From the NCBI RefSeq assembly GCF_009914755.1, contig NC_060928.1: 64,000 nt of DNA. One strand, given 5' to 3'. A program made the position numbers and the translations under genes. How positions within the stretch are numbered: the first letter of the stretch is position 1; every line of letters starts with the position of its first letter. Below the pieces are notes generated by a model that saw nothing but the letters and a program-made list of their open reading frames with translations, did no database searches and had not been told where the DNA came from. Origin of the DNA: the human T2T-CHM13v2.0 reference genome, Homo sapiens. Below are positions 56,883 to 64,000 of this stretch, piece after piece.

Positions 56883-58344
56883 CCTTCCTAAACTTATTTA
56901 AAATATACCCAAGTGAAATTCCTCTTACCCTCATGCAAAAAAAATACTTAAGGCTATTCCATCGCCACCTGACCAATGGGAAGTATGATAGAGGGGTAGT
57001 TGGTGTTGAAAGAGACAGTGGTCTTGACTGATTGCAATTAAAGTATGTTAATTTTGCCAGACAACTGAGGGACACTGACCTTGAGCTCTAGGGGCTTCTC
57101 AGTGAGCCTGCATTTGTTTAGGATGCATTGAGGCAACGCTTGCCCACACCAATCTCCCTTAGCCTACATCTGGCCCTAAAGAGAGTCCACATGTCTAAGG
57201 TTTGCTTAACATTCCTCTCAGGCTTTCCAACTCCCTCTTGCTTTCGTTTTCTTTATCCCTGTCACTTCTTTATCCAACCAAAGACTGAGTGATCAGGAGG
57301 AAAATAAGACTGACTGGCAGAGAAGATGTGCATGCATCTGTCATTCGGATCATCTCCAATGCTCTGATCTATGTTCTTTGTTATTAAGGCTCTCCAAAAA
57401 TTATTTTGAAGAATGGACTGAGTTTACATCTCTGATATTTCATCTGTATTCTGCCTTTTCATTTTTGTAGAAGGCACATAACAGATGTACAATTAATATA
57501 AAAAAGAATGAGTGCCAGTGACTTCAGTGAATATTGATGAAAACATTTCTTCTTTGGTGTGTAGGGGTGAGATTTTTCAGTGAAGTGCTGCCAGCATTTG
57601 CTCTGCACAGTCTCTAGAACTTCTAGAATGAGACATTATGCAGCCATATCAACAGATCAGTTGAACATGGAGAAGGTGATAGGAAGCTTTTGTTAAACTG
57701 TGACAGATGAACTATTATCTTATTCTTCCCCGTTTCCTACCATAAAAGTAGGCAAGTGGGGAGAGATACTGATGTGTTGATGCAATAGCACCCACTGACG
57801 CACAAAAATTGTTTCTTTCTGAATATTTCGAGAAAGAACTCCTGTGTTTTCAGGCTTGTAGTTCAGCCACATGTATCCATAATTGACTGCAGTATGGAAT
57901 AAAACTTACAAGATAGCTATGAAAGTTGACTGTTTTGTCATCTAGAGACTTGATAACTGTTTTGTTGCACCAGGCATGAATGTTTTAGGCAGTTTTTTGT
58001 TTCGTATGTCATGATGCCATATTCTAAATGAGCATCACCACTTCCCTTGGCATATTTTTGAAACACTCTGCAAAGCATTACATGGTTAATTGTCAGAAAA
58101 CTGTCACTGAGGAAAGTGGAAAGTGAGATCCTCTTCCCCAGTCCCTGGCAAAGAGCATTTTTTTTTTCTTTTTTTTGGTATTGGTAAGCGTTTAATATCC
58201 AGTTCTCAAAACAACCCCCCCCAGTAACCCCCATACCACAAAATAACAATAACCTGATGTATAGCATTTGCAAATTGTCATTATATATATATATACAATT
58301 TAACTTCTGGGATACATGTGCAGATTACAGTATTTGCAAATTGT

Positions 58345-58626
58345 CATTTTATATATATTATATATTTAATGTAAGTTCTGGGATACATGTGCAGAACATG
58401 CGGGTTTGTTATATAGGTATACACGTGCCATGGTGGTTTGCTGCACCCATCAACCCATCATCTGCATTAGGTATTTCTCCTCATGCTATCCCTCCCCTAG
58501 TCCCCCACCCCCCAACAGCCCCCCGTGTGTAGTGTTCCCCTCCCTGTGTCCATGTGTTCTCATTGTTCAACTCCCGCTTATGAGCAAGAACATGCATTGT
58601 TTGGTTTTCTCTTCTTGTGTTAGTTT
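58345..58626 (-). mobile_element. L1PA7/8-like 3' end, heavily 5'-truncated
   Basis: aagttctgggatacatgtgcagaacatgc...catggtggtttgctgcacccatcaacccatcatct...cttgtgttagttt. Confidence 0.9.
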
Positions 58627-58629
58627 AGA

Positions 58630-58685
58630 TTTTTGGAATTTCCTGAGTGATAGAGGTGAAAGGAGAATATTTTCTTATTCATAAG
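58630..58685. mobile_element. MER21-type LTR fragment
   Basis: ttggaatttcctgagtgatag...cttattcataa. Confidence 0.4.
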
Positions 58686-59408
58686 TCTCACTGAAATGGG
58701 GCTTATTATAAATGGTTAATTATCCAAAAATCAAAGTGAAAAAAGTAGAAAGAGTTATTTGTAGAATAAAACAGAACTCAAGGTATATCCAGGGCCTCCA
58801 TGTTCATCAATTAATCCCTAAACTACACAGCATTTATATCCGTAAATATGTTATAGTAAATCTGGAAATATAAAATATTTTAAATTGATAATGTTAGGGA
58901 AGCCAAGAGTCACAGAGTTAAGAGGGCTGCTCTGAACTGTTTTTGTTTTTGTTTCTGTCTTATAGCTTGTTTAAACTAGAAAGGACCAAATGCCGAACCT
59001 ACTCATGTACAGATGAGAAAATTGATATCCAAGGAAATTAAGTAACTTACCCTAAACCTACAACCTGCTAGAGATAGTCAGGGCTAAATTCTATGTCTGC
59101 TAATTAACTCAGAACTCTTTCACTGAAATATCCTGCATATCTCTATCAGGATATCTCTATCCTGATGGAGAACTCTTTCTCTATCAATCCTGCATTATTG
59201 AATAATTTTATGTGATGTGACACTCAGTTTGCAAATTAGACTGAGCAGTACTTTGGATCCTCAGGAACTCCTGTTTTTAAAGAGATGCCATGTTCTCTTT
59301 TGTTCATTATCATTGAAGATAGAAATGTCAACTCTTAAAAACATAAGATTTTGTGGTTGAAATTTTTCCTTATATTTTATAGAAAGTCTCTGCATATTTT
59401 GTGCTCCA

Positions 59409-59896
59409 TGTATTGATTTCCTGTTGCTCCTGTAACAAATTATTACAAACATGGCTTAAAACAACACAAATTTGCTATTTTATACTTCTCTGGGTCACAT
59501 GTTCAAAATGGATCTTACTGGCTAAAATTAAGGTGTCAGCAGGTCTGTTTTCTTCCTGGAGGTTTTAGGAGAGAGCCCATTCCCTTGTCTTTTTCAGCTC
59601 CTACAAGTCACCTACATTTCTGAACTCAAAGCCTTTTCCTCCATTTTCAAAGCCAACAGCATCGTATCATCCAATCTCCCTCTGTCTCTGACCCTCCTGA
59701 CTGTCTCTTAAAAGGACCCTTGTCCTTTAAGATTAGGCCCAACTGGATCATCCCAGATAATCTCCCCATCTGAAAATTCTCACCCTAATCATATTTGCAA
59801 AGTCTCTTTTGTCATCTATGGTATCATATGGACAGATTTTAGGGATTGGAAGGTAGACATATTGGAGTGGGATAAAGCATTATTCTGCCCACCACA
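59409..59896 (-). mobile_element. MLT1D-type MaLR solo LTR
   Basis: tgtattgatttcctgttgctcctgtaacaaatta...ggctaaaattaaggtgtcagcagg...cattattctgcccaccaca. Confidence 0.85.
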
Positions 59897-60252
59897 CTGC
59901 CCTCTTAACTTAAAAGAATTATTTTAACTTGTTTCTCACTAGACGTTGCTTTAGTTTTACAGTTTCTTCAGGTTTATCAGAAATAGAATGAGAAGTAGCG
60001 TTCATCTCAGACATTTGCCTAAAATAAATATAATTTCTGACACTTACAAAATGTATTTATCTCTCTCATATTCCAGTTTAATAATGGAGACCTTACTTGT
60101 TATGTATTTGTGTTTTTTTTAATAATAAAATAAGGAGAAAAAAGAAACGGAATTGTGAGATTATATTTAGATTGGGGAAATAAATAATTCCTTAGGTTCT
60201 TTAAAGGGTGAGAGAACAAAGCCCCTTCAATAGAAACGATTTTGTATGACAT

Positions 60253-60683
60253 TGTATTAATTTCCTAGGGCTGCCATAACAAGTCACCACAAGCTTCCTG
60301 GCTCAAAATAACAGAAATTTCTCTCAAAGTTCTGGAGGCTAGAAATTCGAAATCAAGGTGTTGGCAGGGCCACACTCTCTCTGAAGTCTCTAAGAAAGCA
60401 TCCATCCTGTCCTGCCTCTTCCATCTTCTGGTGGCTCCAGGCATTCCTTGGCTTGTGGGAGCATCACTCCCATCTCTGCCTCCATCTTTACATCATGGTC
60501 GTCTCTACGTCTCCATGTGTCCTTTTCGGTCTCTCACAAATATACTTTCATTAAAGTTAGAATCATCCTAATCTTCATCCAGATCCTTAGTTATGTCTTC
60601 AAAAACCTATTTCCAAACAAGGTCACATTCTGAGGTTCAAGATGGACATGAATTTCGAGGGGGGCACTATTTAACTCGCTACA
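60253..60683 (-). mobile_element. MLT1B/C-type MaLR solo LTR
   Basis: tgtattaatttcctagggctgccataacaa...gttctggaggctagaa...aaggtcacattctgaggt...ctcgctaca. Confidence 0.88.
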
Positions 60684-60884
60684 GGTATAATTATGTATGA
60701 AGGAATTATTCTTTATAATTAACTTTCTAGTTTGTGTTACACTTCTCTTTGCTTAAAAAATAAATAACAGCAAATCATTAGCTGCTTTCTTCTTCGGTGC
60801 TGTGGACGTTTTTTTCTGTTATTATTAATATTGATCCAGTTCTTGGGAATTTTCTCAATGCTAAATGATAATGAGAGGAAGAAA

Positions 60885-61080
60885 GATAACAATGATTCTC
60901 ATTGAATGTTTTTTGCTATATTCTTGGCATAGTGCTGGATACTTTACAAACATCCAATCCCCATAACAATCCTGGCAAGTAGTTATATTATTATAGTACA
61001 CATAAAAAACTGAAGTTCAAAAAGGCTCAGTAACTTGACCAGCATTATATACCTAGGAAGTGGCAGGGGTCAGAATCAGA
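60885..61080 (-). mobile_element. MIR SINE
   Basis: aatccccataacaatcct...aaaactgaagttcaaaaaggctcagtaacttg. Confidence 0.65.
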
Positions 61081-62004
61081 TATAACAAAATTTCTCTCTC
61101 TTCCAATTTTCCAGTATTCTCATCTTAGGGTCCATTCTGTCCAAGGCCGTTCCTCAGACACATCCATTCTCCTTCAGTTCTCACTTTTGAATTCACCTCC
61201 AAGCTTATACACTAGCAATTGACAACTAATACATAGCCTTCAAGCTTTTTGCAAACAAACTACAACAATAGCACAACAACAACTAGAACTTCAAAAGTTT
61301 GAAGAGTAGTGAAAAAAGAGAAAACAAACCAATGAACAAGACATCACTAAACAGTCCTATTGGATTTGGGAACCACAGGAAGCAGATGGAAAATGCTGAA
61401 ACATTTCTCTAGAGTCATTGAAAAATGACCTCTATTAAATTGGAAAGAATTTTAGGGTTCCGGTCTTAGATCACAAATGAAATAAAAACAGTTTCATAAA
61501 GACACAACTGTTTCTGAGTAAAATATATCTAGAAGTTCCTTGACTTACTAAATGAATTTACCTTGGGAAAAAACATATTTCTTGAAAAATATTTTAAATA
61601 GAAGGGCTATCCCTCTAAAGGCTCTCTTATAACATAACTTTGAAAGTAAACATAAGCCAACAAACAAACTAGAAAGCAATATTGTCACTATATTGGTTAA
61701 TAAATAAAACTGGGAAAAAATAATATGAACATTTTGAATACTGGTCCTTAAATAGGATAAGTATTTGAGGATGTTGACAGAATCAGTAAATACATTAACA
61801 ATTCTTTTTGATAAACATTTAAGTAGAGCTTTTGAAAAAAATTTTCTTCCTTTCTTTATTATACTATCCCTCAATGGTTGAAAATGTTGTTTTTTGACAT
61901 GAGGGATACTTCCTTTCTCTTATTGATTGAACTATTGTGTTCTAGTCTTAAATTTATTCTCTTTTTGTAAGAGGATACAATAAAATTATGAGTCAAAGAA
62001 TATA

Positions 62005-63263
62005 TTGGGGATTTCAAAAAATTCATTAGAAATGGAATTTAACATAAGCTCTTAATATAAGCTCCATCAAGTTCAAGACATTTTTGTAAATGATGATACC
62101 ATCCATTTGCTCCATTCCTAAAGAACTGAGGGTCCTGGGAATTTAACTATGTTTATGCTGTCTTTTCTGCATAATTAACTGAAGAAAATGGGTATCCTTT
62201 ACAGATTTTTTTAAGATTAGGAAACAAAAATCAGTCAAAAGGAGCTAAATCAGGACTATAAAGTGGATGCCTAATGATTTCCCATCAAATGTCTCATAAA
62301 ATTGCCCTTGATTGATGAGAGGAATGAGTAGGAGCATTGTCGTGGTGGAGAAGGACTCTCTGGTGAAGCTTTCCTGGATGTTTTTCTGCTAGAACTTTGG
62401 CTAACTTTCTCAAAACACTTTCATAATAAGCAGAGGTTATCATTCTTTGGCCCTCCAGAAAGTCAACAAGCAAAATACCTTGAGCATCCCAAAAAACTGT
62501 TACCTTGGCCTTTGCTATTACCAGTCCACTTTTGCTTTGCCTAGACCAAGTTCACCTCTTAGTAGCAATTTCTTTGATTGAGTTTATTTTCAGGATCATA
62601 CTGGCAAACCTGTGTTTCACCTCCTGTTACGATTCTTCAAAGAAATCCCTCAGGATCTTGATCTCATTTGTTTAATATTTTCATTGAAAGCTCCGTTTTT
62701 GTCTGTGAGTGATCTGGGCACAATGATTTTGGCACCCAGCAAGTGGAAAGTTTGCTCAACTTTAATTTTGCAGTTAGAATTGTGTACGCTGAGTCAATTA
62801 AGATGTCTATGGTGTTGACTGTTGTTTCACTGGTCTTTTTCAATTAGGGCATCAACAAGATTAACTTTTTTTCCCACAAAGTGATGTGGATGGTCTGCTG
62901 CTGAGGGCTTCATCCCACAACATGGTCTCAACCCTTCTTAAAATGAGGTCCATTTGTAAACTGCTTTCTTGTGGGGCATTGTCCTCATAAAATTTGTGCA
63001 AAGCATTAATCATTTCATTATTCTTCCACCCCAGCTTCTCCATAAATTTGATGTTTGCTCTTGCCTCAATTTTAGGGGAGTTCATGTTGCTAATAGGGGC
63101 ACCTTTCAAACTGGTATCTTATCCTTCTTCATGCTTCAAACTAGATCCTGCCCAGACATGTTATAACAAGTTAATACAAGTTATTTTGGTACAAAAAAAA
63201 TGAAATCTATGCATAGTTTTTTCATAACACACATTTTCTATGAACTTTTTGAAGACTCTCTTG
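62005..63263 (-). mobile_element. HSMAR2 mariner DNA transposon, near full length, defective transposase
   Basis: TIRs ggggatttcaaaaaattcat / atgaactttttgaagactctc with TA flanks; N-terminus MNSPKIEARANIKFMEKLGWKN...DNAP; mariner motifs HHDNAP (about 62330-62348) and HPLYSPDLAP (about 62241-62269) on the minus strand, with stops. Confidence 0.93.
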
Positions 63264-63299
63264 TACATGGCATATCCACCTTTAGTTACTGAATAAATA

Positions 63300-63880
63300 A
63301 ATAAAAGATGCTCTTGCTTAAATTGTTCATGTGTGCTAGAACTTTATCCCGAGCCCTTCATTCTCATGTTTTGCACTTTCCTGTGGTGATTTTACATAAA
63401 CCCATGAGTTTGTTAATATCTGTTAAATTGATGACAGCCAAACCTATGGCTCCAGCAGAGATTCTACTCCTGAGTGTCTGACCTCTATATCCAAGCACAT
63501 TTTATGCTTGACTACTTAAACTACTTGAGTGATCCTAGAGATCTTAATTTCCACATATTCCAAACTAATCATATCATCCTTTGCCCAAAACCTGGCATTT
63601 CTGCAGATGTACCACCACCCGTATCATTCAACCAGTTCAGACATCTGGGGTCACCAGATGTTTCCCTCATACTCAGGACTTATCTGGCCACCAAATCTGG
63701 AGATACCTGTCTCCTAAACTTTTCTCATATCCTTCACCTTATCTCCAATTCTTCTGCTCACCTACATTACAGTAAGACCTAATCTGTCTCTATCCCTAGA
63801 TTCTTGACTCCATTCAAATGAGTACCCCTCTGCCATTAAGTAGTTTTATAAATCCTTAAATAGCTTGCCCTAGCTTTCAG
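63300..63880 (+). mobile_element. L2 fragment
   Basis: tgatgacagccaaacctatggctccagc...ctcctgag...catattccaaactaatc. Confidence 0.65.
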
Positions 63881-64000
63881 CCTAAGATCAATAATAATGG
63901 TGATTGCCATTTTTGTGCCTATTATATGTGAAACACTATTCTAGACACTTGACATACATATATTTGCATTAGCTCTCATCTGATATCAGTCTGGTAAGAT

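Overview
AT-rich, CpG-poor primate genomic DNA. An AluY-type element and L1PA elements point to a catarrhine primate, probably human. It looks intronic or intergenic: I find no supportable protein-coding gene, RNA gene or CpG island. Roughly half the window is decayed transposable elements: Alus, many L1 fragments, a 5'-complete L1PA7-like element with an internal deletion of the RT core, L2, MIR, CR1/L3, HAL1, MaLR/ERVL solo LTRs, hAT MITEs, a MADE1 and a near-full-length HSMAR2 mariner. The long ORFs in the track are explained by these repeats or by low complexity. The most notable structures are a three-level nested insertion (L1 inside an MSTA LTR inside an AluJ), a twin-primed inverted L1, an L1 inserted in another L1's tail, several templated-repair-like junctions, a 29-bp-arm hairpin in unique sequence, and two candidate non-repeat exons. 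I see no convincing evidence of a new biological system. Repeat subfamily names come from recalled consensus sequences and need RepeatMasker/Dfam confirmation; boundaries without a stated TSD are approximate.
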